Source: Desulfovibrio sp.
GTDB taxonomy: Bacteria; Desulfobacterota; Desulfovibrionia; Desulfovibrionales; Desulfovibrionaceae
DNA: 64,000 nt
Direction of reading: 5' to 3'
NCBI GenBank assembly: GCA_031288535.1
Contig: JAITRF010000060.1
Location: 13,519-77,518 of the forward strand
Part shown: one piece after another, positions 46,083 through 57,661 of the stretch
How positions within the stretch are numbered: position 1 is the first letter of the stretch
Layout: each line of letters begins with the position of its first letter
Position numbers and translations under genes: made by a program
Notes under the pieces: generated by a model
What the model was told of the DNA's origin: nothing
The model's database searches: none
What the model saw: the letters and a program-made list of their open reading frames with translations, nothing else

Positions 46083-47209
46083 AAGGCGCGCATCCACTCC
46101 TTACGCAGGGAGATTCTGCCGTCCAGGGCGGCGTTTATGCGTTGCAGAGTTTTTTCCCTGTCCTCCGGCAAGTGTGCCCGGATGGTCAGATAATTGCTGG
46201 CGTGGTTGGCCATGAACCAACCGCCGCTGAGTCTGGTGTTCGCGAACATCAGACCGAGTTCCTGAACGAAATCCAGTCCTTCGGGCAAAACCAGCTCTCC
46301 GCTTCGCACCCGTTCGTAAATCGGGGCATCTTCCGAAAGCATCAGGGAGAGGGCGCCGACGTATTCAGGGTCTATGGCGCTCAGCACCCGCCCGGTTTCA
46401 ATGGCGTGCTCCCGGCTTTTGTCCATCCCGGCGAGGCCGAGAATCACCGTCACCGACAAGGCGAACCCGGCTTTTTTCAGCCTCAGCGCCTGCTCGACAA
46501 GCTTTTCCGGGGTGGAACCTTTTTTTATATCTTTAAGCACCTCAGGATGTCCGCTCTCGATCCCGTAATAGATCAGCGACAGGCCCATTTCGCGCAGGCG
46601 CCTGAGGTCCTCGTCGCTCTTAAGTGCCACGCCCTTGGCGTTGCCGTAAGTGGAGACGCGTTCCACCCAGGGCAGGCGTTCGGATATGTTGGAAAGCAGC
46701 CATTCCCAATGGCGCATCGGCATTATCAGGGCGTCCCCGTCCATGACGAAAAGCCGCGTTTGTCCGCGACAGTATTTTTCCGCAAACTTCAGGTCTTTTT
46801 CCCAGATGTTCCTGTCCTTGATGGCAAAACGCTTTTCCTTGAAAGCGCTGCAAAAGGAGCACTTATTGTGCGAACAGCCCAGGGTGGCCTGAAACAGGAT
46901 GCTGTAGGCCTCGCTGGGCGGACGAAAACAAAAGCCCTGATGGTCCAGACCTTCACATTCAAAAAACACGCCCGACTCCTTTGATAATACCGGTTTGCCT
47001 GCAAAGCGGGCTTGAAGCTTTACGCCTGATTTCGCAAAAACGCCGGCGGCAGGAAGCCCGCCGTCAGGTTGCCTCGGGTTATATACTTGTTGTAAGGCAA
47101 CTTGGTATAAGTTCAGATAGTAAACATCGGGCGTCGTTTGTCCAGAGGGAGTGAAACAAATTGCCGGGGGCTTGCCAAAAGAGCGGCTTCGTGCCACAAG
47201 GTTGCGCAC
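46079..47209 (-). CDS. Radical SAM domain protein of unknown specificity
   Basis: CSHNKCSFC (CxxxCxxC) cluster motif, followed by an Elp3/HemN-like TIM-barrel pattern (YYGIESG). Confidence 0.8.
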   Translation of the reverse strand: MRNLVARSRSFGKPPAICFTPSGQTTPDVYYLNLYQVALQQVYNPRQPDGGLPAAGVFAKSGVKLQARFAGKPVLSKESGVFFECEGLDHQGFCFRPPSEAYSILFQATLGCSHNKCSFCSAFKEKRFAIKDRNIWEKDLKFAEKYCRGQTRLFVMDGDALIMPMRHWEWLLSNISERLPWVERVSTYGNAKGVALKSDEDLRRLREMGLSLIYYGIESGHPEVLKDIKKGSTPEKLVEQALRLKKAGFALSVTVILGLAGMDKSREHAIETGRVLSAIDPEYVGALSLMLSEDAPIYERVRSGELVLPEGLDFVQELGLMFANTRLSGGWFMANHASNYLTIRAHLPEDREKTLQRINAALDGRISLRKEWMRAL

Positions 47210-47281
47210 CAGAACGCCGCAGACTGTGTTTCGGCGTAAAGCGGCTTGTGCTTAAGGATTTCTTGTAATCAACATTTCCGA

Positions 47282-47298
47282 TTGGCAGGACTTTTGCT
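47282..47298 (+). promoter_or_regulatory. Sigma-54 (-24/-12) promoter candidate
   Basis: TTGGCAGGACTTTTGCT has GG-N10-GC spacing and matches TGGCA(C)G-N4-TTGCT. It lies about 250 nt upstream of the GT9 gene start. Confidence 0.5.
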
Positions 47299-47548
47299 GC
47301 CGCCCCGCGCGGACGGCGAAGGCCGCGCTGTTCCGCACGGAACCGCTATGTCCACAACCGCCGTTCTTCCTGGTCGTGGCGACGCGAATATGAGCGCCAT
47401 TTGCTCAATCCGCATTGGGGGTGGGACTGTCGCCGGAGTTCGCCGATGTTCCCAGGCCTTTTAGGACCGCGTGCCCGCATTTGCGGGTTCTCTCAACTCA
47501 TGTTTCGCGCAAGGGTGTGATTTTGTCCGAAATATCCGGGTTTGTCCG

Positions 47549-48583
47549 ATGCGCATAGGGGTATGGAACACGGCCTTTCTGGGCGACGCGACCCTTACCC
47601 TGCCTTTGCTGCAAAGCTTGCGCCTGCGATATCCGGGCGCCCGGATTGACTATTATGTGCGTTCCGGTTTGGAAAGGCTGTTCGCCCCGCATCCTGCCGT
47701 AAACTCCGTATATGGCTATGTCAAAAACACCGGACTGGGCGGGATGCTGAAAATCGCCGGAGAAATCAGGTCCCGACGCTATGAGCTGTGGGTCTCCGCG
47801 CATGCAAGCGCACGTAGTGGGCTTATATCCCTGTTGGGCAAAGGATTGACGCGCATCGGCTATGACCGGCCGTTTTTCAATCGGCTGTTATATTCCCAAG
47901 TTGTCGGACGCCGTTTCGGGGAAGTGGACGAAACCGATTGTCTGCTGGAATTGCTGCGTCCCCTTGGAGAAGGCCCCGTGTCCCCCTGGCCTGAAATACA
48001 TCCGGACGCCGAGGCCGGAGAAAAGGCGGCGGCTTTTTTTGCGGAAATCGGCACCCCCGTTCTGGGACTGCATCCCGGCTCCGTGTGGGCGACCAAACGC
48101 TGGCCGGCGGATTTTTTTGCCGAAATCGGCAGAAGGGCGATCAAGGAAGGCGCTTATGTCCTGATTTTCGCCGGTAAAGGAGAGGAAGACCTGGCAAGGC
48201 GCGTGCAGGAGGCGATTTTGCACGGCGGCGGGGCGGTTGCCGATCATCTGGGAAAAAGATTGAAAAATCTCGCAGGCCAGCTGTCTCTTCCGGAACTTGC
48301 GGCTTTTTTCGCACGGCTGACTTGTTGCCTCACAAATGATTCCGGCCCCATGCATCTGGTCTGGACGCAAAAAGTACCCCTTACGGCTGTTTTTGGTCCT
48401 ACCGTAAGGTCTTTCGGTTTTTTTCCACGAGGGGAGGCTTCCACGGTCATCGAGCTGCCCCTGGATTGCCGTCCTTGCGGACTGCACGGACACGTCGTCT
48501 GTCCCTTGCAGCATCACAACTGCATGACGCAAATCACCCCGGACATGGTGTGGTCGGATGTAAAAGTTAAACTTTTACATTAA
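47549..48583 (+). CDS. Family 9 glycosyltransferase (LPS heptosyltransferase-like)
   Basis: ORF 47471..48583; start MRIGVWNTAFLGDATLTLPLLQSL at 47549. C-terminal NDSGPMHL motif. Confidence 0.85.
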   Translation: MRIGVWNTAFLGDATLTLPLLQSLRLRYPGARIDYYVRSGLERLFAPHPAVNSVYGYVKNTGLGGMLKIAGEIRSRRYELWVSAHASARSGLISLLGKGLTRIGYDRPFFNRLLYSQVVGRRFGEVDETDCLLELLRPLGEGPVSPWPEIHPDAEAGEKAAAFFAEIGTPVLGLHPGSVWATKRWPADFFAEIGRRAIKEGAYVLIFAGKGEEDLARRVQEAILHGGGAVADHLGKRLKNLAGQLSLPELAAFFARLTCCLTNDSGPMHLVWTQKVPLTAVFGPTVRSFGFFPRGEASTVIELPLDCRPCGLHGHVVCPLQHHNCMTQITPDMVWSDVKVKLLH

Positions 48584-48764
48584 ATTTGTGCGTACAATGA
48601 ACGATTCCAAGTTATTCCACAGTGCTAGGCATCGTCTGCGACGTTTGACAGCCGGGACGCTCCGGCATAAACATAATTTTAGGGAAGCCCCGATTAACTC
48701 GGCGGTTCTTTTAGTGTTTCTGCCGATATTTCCGACATCAGGCAACTATCCGTCCTGAGCGAGT

Positions 48765-50558
48765 ATGATTACAAATTCTCCAAATGCGGTTTTATTCAAG
48801 CGTTGCTTGAAATATTTCCTTCCCTTTAAAATACGTATAATCGTGGGCTTGTGCACCATGAGCCTTGCCGGGGTTTGCGACGCCGCCGCGGCTTGGCTCA
48901 TTAAACCCGCTCTGGACGATATTTTCGTCAACAAGAGCATCGGCGCCCTTTACCTCATTCCCCTGGCTTACCTGATTGTGGCCGGCTCCAAGGCCTTGCT
49001 GAAGTTTTCCCAGAATTATCTTATGGACTATTCGGGTATACGAGTGCTGCAAACTTTGCGCGCCGAGCTTTACAACAAGGTAGTCCTTCTTCCTCTGCGT
49101 TTTTATGAGCGGGAGCCGGTCGGAGTGCTCATGTCGCGCATACAGAACGATGTGGCCGCGATATGCTCCAGCATGCCTGCCGCCGTGCTGATCGTCCGTC
49201 AGATTATCAGCCTGATCAGTCTGGCCTGCGTAGTTTTCTATCAGAATTTCCACCTAGCCCTGATGGCTGTTGCCGTGCTGCCGTTGGCCTTTTTCCCCTT
49301 TGTGCATTTCAGCGGGCGCGTACGCAAGCTGGCCGGCAGGGGTCAGGCTCAGACCGGGATGATTTTTTCCCAACTGCAGGAAATCTTGAGCGGCATACGG
49401 GTCGTCAAGTCTTATTGCATGGAACAGCAGGAACGGCAGCGCTTTGATGCGGAGAACAAACGCCTTTTCCGCATTTCGTTAAAATCCACGCTGGCCGGGG
49501 AATTGTCCTCTTCCACGATGGAGGTGGTAGGCGGACTGGGGGTGGGCATCGTCCTTTTCATAGGTGGAATGCAGGTCATTGAAGGCGTTTCGACCCCGGG
49601 GGCTTTTTTTTCTTTTATCGCCGCCCTGGTTATGATGTACGGTCCGGTGAAGCAGTTGAACGCCGCCAACCTCACCGTTCAAGGTGCTCTGGCCGGGGCG
49701 GAACGGGTGTTCGGCTTTCTCGACGATACGGAAAAAATCGCTGAAAGAGGCGGAGACAAGAAAGCGCAGACGCCTTTTGTCGAACTCAGGTTTGAAAACG
49801 TTTCTTTTTCCTATCCTGACGGGACGCTTGCCCTGAAAGACATATCCTTTGCCGTGCGGGCCGGGGAGCGATTCGCCCTGGTCGGGCCGTCCGGCGCCGG
49901 GAAAACCAGTCTGGTCAACCTGATACCCCGCTTTTATGATTGCCGGACAGGGCATATTCTGCTAAACGGCCTCCGCCTTGAGGAATATGATTTGACTTCG
50001 TTGCGATCCATGATTTCCGTAGTTTCCCAGGACACATTTCTTTTTAATCTTTCCGTGCGCGACAACATACTCTACGGAACCGTCGGGGCGGATGAAAAAA
50101 CCTGTATGGATGCGGCCGTAGCGGCCTATGCCGATGAATTTATACAAGCGATGCCCCACGGTTACGACACCATAATAGGTGAGCGCGGAGTAAAGCTTTC
50201 CGGCGGGCAGAAGCAGAGGCTGACGATAGCCAGGGCGCTGGCCAAGAACGCGCCCCTGCTTATTCTGGATGAAGCCACCAGCGCTTTGGATACCCAATCG
50301 GAGCGAATAGTGCAAAAAGCTCTGGATAACCTGATGCGCAACCGGACCAGCATAGTGATCGCCCACCGCCTGTCCACGATAATAGATGCGGATCGCATCC
50401 TTGTGCTTGACAAAGGCCGGATTACGGCTCAGGGCGCACACAGCGAACTGATTAAAACCTCGGCCCTGTACTCGGCTCTCTACAAGCGGCAGTTCCATAC
50501 GACAGGGCGCGGAGAGGGCGTTTGCGCCGCCGGTTCGGAACCGGCGGAACACATATGA
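48765..50558 (+). CDS. msbA: Lipid A export ABC transporter MsbA-like (fused permease-ATPase)
   Basis: Six-TM domain plus an NBD (GPSGAGKTS, LSGGQKQRLTIARAL, ILDEATSALD), in a lipid A gene context. Confidence 0.85.
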   Translation: MITNSPNAVLFKRCLKYFLPFKIRIIVGLCTMSLAGVCDAAAAWLIKPALDDIFVNKSIGALYLIPLAYLIVAGSKALLKFSQNYLMDYSGIRVLQTLRAELYNKVVLLPLRFYEREPVGVLMSRIQNDVAAICSSMPAAVLIVRQIISLISLACVVFYQNFHLALMAVAVLPLAFFPFVHFSGRVRKLAGRGQAQTGMIFSQLQEILSGIRVVKSYCMEQQERQRFDAENKRLFRISLKSTLAGELSSSTMEVVGGLGVGIVLFIGGMQVIEGVSTPGAFFSFIAALVMMYGPVKQLNAANLTVQGALAGAERVFGFLDDTEKIAERGGDKKAQTPFVELRFENVSFSYPDGTLALKDISFAVRAGERFALVGPSGAGKTSLVNLIPRFYDCRTGHILLNGLRLEEYDLTSLRSMISVVSQDTFLFNLSVRDNILYGTVGADEKTCMDAAVAAYADEFIQAMPHGYDTIIGERGVKLSGGQKQRLTIARALAKNAPLLILDEATSALDTQSERIVQKALDNLMRNRTSIVIAHRLSTIIDADRILVLDKGRITAQGAHSELIKTSALYSALYKRQFHTTGRGEGVCAAGSEPAEHI

Positions 50559-51226
50559 GCATGCCTTCCTCTTTGCCGACCCGGCCGATCAACATCCTTT
50601 ACCGTCTCTGGTGCTCAAGTCTGCGCATCGTGCAAACCGGGCGCGAAATGCTTGACGGTTTCGACGCGCAAGACAGGATAATGTTGTTCGCCCTTTTCCA
50701 TGACGAGCTTTTTTCCCTGATGCACGTGCGCGAGAACCTGCGCCTGGTCACGGTGGTCAGCCGCAGCAGGGACGGTGAATATCTGGCCCGACTGCTCCAG
50801 TCCCTGGGCTTGAAAACCGCCAGGGGTTCGAGTTCCCGCCACGGAACTTCCGCCTTGCGGCAGATCGCCCGCATAATGCGCGAGGACAAGCATCACGGGG
50901 TTATTACCGTTGACGGACCGCGTGGTCCGCGTCACAAGGTCAAGCAAGGAGCGGTAATTCTCGCCTTCCGCACCCCGGCCCTGATGGTGCCGGTGCGCCT
51001 TTTCCCCAAGTGCGCGAAGAAATTCAACTCATGGGATCGGTTTCAGCTTCCTCTGCCGTTTACCCGCGTGGATATTGTTTTCGGAGAACCCTACGCGGTA
51101 CGGGCCGCTGAATTGACTGACGGGACGATCCTCGCCGAATGCCTGGAACTTGAAAGACGCCTTAAAGCTTTACGTCCTCCGCGGCTCCTTTACGCCGGGC
51201 GGAAGGAGCGCGATTGTGCTTTATAG
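50555..51226 (+). CDS. DUF374-domain protein (lysophospholipid acyltransferase-like)
   Basis: ORF 50522..51226. ATG 50555 forms an ATGA overlap with the msbA stop. SRSRDGEYLARLL..LG..T.RGSSSR.G..AL and DGPRGPRHKVK are typical of DUF374. Confidence 0.7.
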   Translation: MSMPSSLPTRPINILYRLWCSSLRIVQTGREMLDGFDAQDRIMLFALFHDELFSLMHVRENLRLVTVVSRSRDGEYLARLLQSLGLKTARGSSSRHGTSALRQIARIMREDKHHGVITVDGPRGPRHKVKQGAVILAFRTPALMVPVRLFPKCAKKFNSWDRFQLPLPFTRVDIVFGEPYAVRAAELTDGTILAECLELERRLKALRPPRLLYAGRKERDCAL

Positions 51227-52082
51227 TACGCTGAGGAAATTGCTGACGGCCGCCGGGCGGGTTCCCTGGACCGCCTTGCGCCGCCTTGCGCGCATCCTGG
51301 CCTTTTTCTTCTGGCATTTCGCCCCGTCGCGTAGAAACGAGGCGGTCAATGCAATACATAAACATCTTAAAGTATCACATGAAGAAGCTTTGCGTCTAGC
51401 CAGGCAGAGTTTTGCGGAAAATTTTCTGTCGTTTTTGGAAATCCTGCATGCGAGCCGTTTTTTCACGGAACAATCGGTACGCGTTCTTTATACCCCGGAA
51501 GTGAAAGCGATGCTTCAAGCTGAAACGAGACCGGTTATTATAGCCACCGCCCATCTGGGTTCCTGGGAATTGATGCCCGGTCTGGCCGCGGATATTCTCC
51601 CTCAACGCGAGGGCATGGTAGTCGTGCGCAGCCGCAGGAACAAGACTTTGAACCGAATTATTGCCGAACTGCGCGGGGCGCGGGGCATGCTGGTCATAGA
51701 CCATCGCAGGGCTGCGGAAATTCTGCTGCCCAAACTGCGCAATGGAGGCGTCGCGGCTTTTCTGGTGGATCACAACACGAACCGCAGGGAAGCAGTCTTT
51801 CTGCCTTTTCTTGAGGACACGGCGGCAGTGAATATGGGGCCGGCCAGCATCGCCCTGCGCGCCAAAGCGGCTGTGTATCCTGTTTTCCTGCTGCGGGACG
51901 GCAAAGGCGGACATGTCCTGCATATGCTGGCGCCTTTGCATACGGAAAATCTGGAGGGAAACGTACGGGAACGGGTCGTGAAAACAGCGCGTTTTTACAC
52001 CGAAGCTGTGGATAAAATGGTGCGCATGTATCCGGAACAATGGTTCTGGATGCACAGACGCTGGAAGACCAGAGAGGATTAG
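51216..52082 (+). CDS. Lipid A biosynthesis (Kdo2-lipid IVA) acyltransferase, LpxL/HtrB family
   Basis: ORF 51150..52082; GTG 51216 is preceded by GGAAGGAG. ATAHLGSWELMPG (HX4E/D acyltransferase motif). Confidence 0.75.
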   Translation: MLYSTLRKLLTAAGRVPWTALRRLARILAFFFWHFAPSRRNEAVNAIHKHLKVSHEEALRLARQSFAENFLSFLEILHASRFFTEQSVRVLYTPEVKAMLQAETRPVIIATAHLGSWELMPGLAADILPQREGMVVVRSRRNKTLNRIIAELRGARGMLVIDHRRAAEILLPKLRNGGVAAFLVDHNTNRREAVFLPFLEDTAAVNMGPASIALRAKAAVYPVFLLRDGKGGHVLHMLAPLHTENLEGNVRERVVKTARFYTEAVDKMVRMYPEQWFWMHRRWKTRED

Positions 52083-52107
52083 AGCAATTTCACTTTGAAA
52101 TTGCTCT
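52080..52107. repeat. Solo hairpin-1-like module of the repeat family, starting in the TAG stop of the lpxL-like gene
   Basis: TAGAGCAATTTCA-CTT-TGAAATTGCTCT has a perfect 12-bp stem. Compare hairpin 1: tagagcagttcaactttgaaaagttg..gctc. Confidence 0.75.
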
Positions 52108-52227
52108 GGCGGCCGCGCGAGCGGACGCCCGCCGCGAAGGCGCAAACGCAATTTATTTGCGCGGTTAAGCGCCGGAGCGGGCGCGGCCTGAAGATAAACC
52201 CTGTATAATCTCAAAGTTAAAGTGAAT

Positions 52228-52349
52228 TAAGCAGTTCAACTTTGAAAAGTTGGACCGCTCTGCAGGGATTTGCTTGCAATTCCTTGCCGCGAAATGCTTA
52301 CAGGCGAGCGAAGCTCGCCTGTAAGCATTTCAAGCGTAAAATGCACTAG
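52228..52349 (+). repeat. Full copy of the tri-palindromic intergenic repeat
   Basis: ttaagcagttcaactttgaaaagttggaccgctc / tgcagggatttgcttgcaattccttgc / cgcgaaatgcttacaggcgagcgaagctcgcctgtaagcatttc (perfect 19-bp stem) / aagcgtaaaatgcactag. Confidence 0.95.
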
Positions 52350-52786
52350 TCCGCATCCTCCGGCAGACAGGGACGCAACGTATAGTCGCTGATATGGCGC
52401 AGGGGGATATAGGTTTTCGCCCCGTCCGGGGCCTCGATGCAGAGGGCGTCATGGTCCGTGGCAAAGCAGGAGAGGCAGGTGAAAGACAATGTCCCTCCCG
52501 CCGTAAAATGCACGGAAACGCTCTGCAGAGAAGGAGCGGCCCTGTATCTGGCGATACTTACGGCTGTGGAAATGTTCCGGAGCAGGAGAGATCGCCAGGC
52601 GTCCTCCAAAGCGAGGCGGTTATCTTCAGTGTCGTGTTCCGGACAAAGGGCGAGCTTATGGCTGTCCCCGGCCGGAACGAACCCTTCAGTCCAGCCGGTG
52701 GAGGCGTCACGTCCGCATATCCAGCAGGGTATCATGGCCGGAGGAAGGGGGTGGTTGTTTGCGCAGGCAGCCAACGGCGTTTTCAA
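52346..52786 (-). CDS. Hypothetical Cys/His-containing protein (start uncertain)
   Basis: 146-aa ORF (TTG 52786 or ATG 52735) overlapping the purQ 3' end by 29-80 nt. Contains CWICG...CPEH. I recognise no family. Its TAG stop lies inside the repeat terminus. Confidence 0.45.
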   Translation of the reverse strand: MKTPLAACANNHPLPPAMIPCWICGRDASTGWTEGFVPAGDSHKLALCPEHDTEDNRLALEDAWRSLLLRNISTAVSIARYRAAPSLQSVSVHFTAGGTLSFTCLSCFATDHDALCIEAPDGAKTYIPLRHISDYTLRPCLPEDAD

Positions 52787-53567
52787 AAATTTTCAGGCCC
52801 TTGTCGCCGCTTTCTCCGCGCGTCCAGGCCGGATGATTGGTAGGGTGGTTGTATGCTTCGGGGTGGGGCATGAGCCCGAAAATACGCCCGGAAGGGTCGC
52901 AAAGTCCGGCTATGCCGAGCGGCGAACCATTGGGATTGTCCGGATATTCCTCCGTGGGCAGTCCGGATTTCCGATCCGCGTATTGCACCGTTACGAGGTT
53001 TTCCGCAACCAGGCGCTCAAGCAACGCGAGCCCTCCGGGCACGAGTTTGCCTTCCCCGTGCCGCACCGGGAGGTAGAGGGATTCGATGCCTGTGGTAAAC
53101 AGGCAGGGGCTGTTTTTATTGACGGCCAGCCTGCACCAGCGATCCTCAAAGCGGGCGGAGGTGTTGTTGGCAAGAGAGACCTGGCGCTCCAGATATCTTC
53201 CGCCAAGGGCAGGCAGCAGCCCCAGTTTCACCAGGAGTTGAAACCCGTTGCAAATGCCGAGAATGAGCCCGCCGTCGCTGATGCATGAGAGCAATTGTTC
53301 GACAAGAGGGATGCCTTTTTCCGGCCGGGAGTATTTCCAGCGTTGCGCAGCCGCCTGAGCCGCGCCCAAATCATCCCCGTCCAGAAATCCTCCGGGGAAA
53401 ATCAAAAAATTATAATCTCCTATAAGAACGCGTCCTTTGATTATGTCGGCGAAATGCGCTATGTCCGCAACCGCCGCGCCGGCAAGCAGCGCGGCATGCG
53501 CGCATTCCTTTTCGCAGTTTACACCGTATCCGGTAATGACAAGGGCGCGCGCGTCGTTCATGGCCAT
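52707..53567 (-). CDS. purQ: Phosphoribosylformylglycinamidine synthase glutamine amidotransferase subunit (PurQ-like)
   Basis: ALVITGYGVNCEKE, GICNGFQLLVKLGLLP (catalytic Cys) and MPHPE motifs. Confidence 0.85.
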   Translation of the reverse strand: MAMNDARALVITGYGVNCEKECAHAALLAGAAVADIAHFADIIKGRVLIGDYNFLIFPGGFLDGDDLGAAQAAAQRWKYSRPEKGIPLVEQLLSCISDGGLILGICNGFQLLVKLGLLPALGGRYLERQVSLANNTSARFEDRWCRLAVNKNSPCLFTTGIESLYLPVRHGEGKLVPGGLALLERLVAENLVTVQYADRKSGLPTEEYPDNPNGSPLGIAGLCDPSGRIFGLMPHPEAYNHPTNHPAWTRGESGDKGLKIFENAVGCLRKQPPPSSGHDTLLDMRT

Positions 53568-53848
53568 ATCAGAACGCCGGGAAGGAATATTTTCATTTTC
53601 TTTTCATGCGGCATATAGTAGAAAAAAGAGCGCGGGCGATCGCAATATTGCCTTGTCAAAAGCCGCCCTGCGGGCAAAAATCCCGGCAGTTTTTGCCAGC
53701 GCCCGGCAAAACATGTGGCCGCCCGCAGGCCGGGCGGAATGCGGTTTTCTTGTCCTTGGCGATCTTCTCCTGAGCGGCCGGGGCATCATGATACGGCCAT
53801 AATACGCCGTCTTGCAGAGGGACGTCAACCTTTCTGAACCGGCGGCTG

Positions 53849-53935
53849 GAGCGGTTTAACTTTGAAAATGTACAAACCGCTCTGTGCGGCGGCGGGCGGA
53901 TTTACCCGGAAATCGTCCCGGAGGCAATATCTAAT
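53849..53935 (+). repeat. Degenerate copy of the intergenic repeat
   Basis: gagcggtttaactttgaaaatgtacaaaccgctctg (hairpin 1-like), then ggatttacccggaaatcgtcc (hairpin 2-like), then ggaggcaatatcta. Confidence 0.5.
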
Positions 53936-53972
53936 CCTCGCCGTCCGGTTGACGGCGCTTCCGGCAATTTGA

Positions 53973-56501
<2,529 letters not shown>

Positions 56502-56512
<11 letters not shown>

Positions 56513-57053
56513 TCCCGGCTCTTTCTTTTTTCCCGTTCAGGCTGCGGCCGATATCCGCCTCCTGATTCTGGACGTGGACGGGGTGCTTACAGACGGGGGA
56601 CTTTACTACGATTTGCAGAATCAAGTCATGAAGCGTTTTGACGTGCAGGACGGCCTGGGGATCAAACTCGCACAGGAAGCTGGCATAGCCATTGCGGTGA
56701 TCACCGGACTGGATTCCCCGGCGGTCGCCGCCCGCATCCGCGATCTCGGCATTACCGACTATTTTCCCGGTTTCCTTGACAAAAAAGCTTGTCTCGAGAA
56801 ACTTAAAGAAAAACATCAACTACGCTGGGAGCAAATGGCTTACCTGGGCGACGACTGGGTGGATCTCTCCGTGATGGACATGGTCGGACTGCCTATGGCG
56901 GTTGCGAACGCCCAGCCGGAGGTCAAGAACATAGCCGGATACGTCACCGTCGCCAAGGGAGGCCAGGGCGCCGTGCGCGAGGTGATTCGCCATCTGCTTA
57001 TGGCTCAGGGGAAATATGACGCTGTGCTTGCCGCATGGAGCAAGGCGTGCTGA
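56502..57053 (+). CDS. kdsC: Kdo8P phosphatase (HAD family)
   Basis: LLILDVDGVLTDGGLYY and GDDWVDL HAD motifs, adjacent to kdsA. Confidence 0.85.
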
Positions 57054-57649
57054 AAAAACGGGTCGCCCTGTTTCTTGTTTTCTGCTGCCTTATCGCTATT
57101 GGAGGCGCGATACTGTCGACCGACAAGGAGGATGCGCGCGAGTCGTCCGGCGAGGATAAGGCCGGGGAAATCGTGGCAAAAACCGGAAACGATGAGGACG
57201 CGGCATTAAATCTTGACATAAAAACAGTCCTGCTGAGCCAGGGGGAAGGCGGCATCGAATTGTGGCGTCTCAAGGCAACATGGGCCAAGCTGTTGAAACA
57301 CAACGACTTGATAATTGTTGAAGCGCCCAATCTTACCTATTTTATGAAAGAGGAAGGGAAAACTCTGTTGGTGATATCCAAAACAGGGGATATCGAGCAA
57401 AAATCCAGGATTATACGATTTATAGACAATGTGCGAGTGACCCAGGACGATAAATTGTTTACCGGGGATTTGCTTGTGTATAACGGTACGCAGAAATCCA
57501 TGCTTTTCCCCAGCGGCGTTGATTTCAGCGATGCCGGAATAAACGCCAGGGCCGATTCTCTTATCTGGCTTATTGATCAGAAATTTATCACGGCCATGGG
57601 GAATGTGTCAGTGGAATTTGCACGTTCCGAAAAACTGTTTGTTAAATAA
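57035..57649 (+). CDS. lptC: LPS export system protein LptC-like
   Basis: An N-terminal membrane anchor plus a beta-jellyroll-sized domain. It sits in the conserved position between kdsC and lptA. Confidence 0.7.
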   Translation: MEQGVLKKRVALFLVFCCLIAIGGAILSTDKEDARESSGEDKAGEIVAKTGNDEDAALNLDIKTVLLSQGEGGIELWRLKATWAKLLKHNDLIIVEAPNLTYFMKEEGKTLLVISKTGDIEQKSRIIRFIDNVRVTQDDKLFTGDLLVYNGTQKSMLFPSGVDFSDAGINARADSLIWLIDQKFITAMGNVSVEFARSEKLFVK

Positions 57650-57661
57650 TAGGAATGTTAA

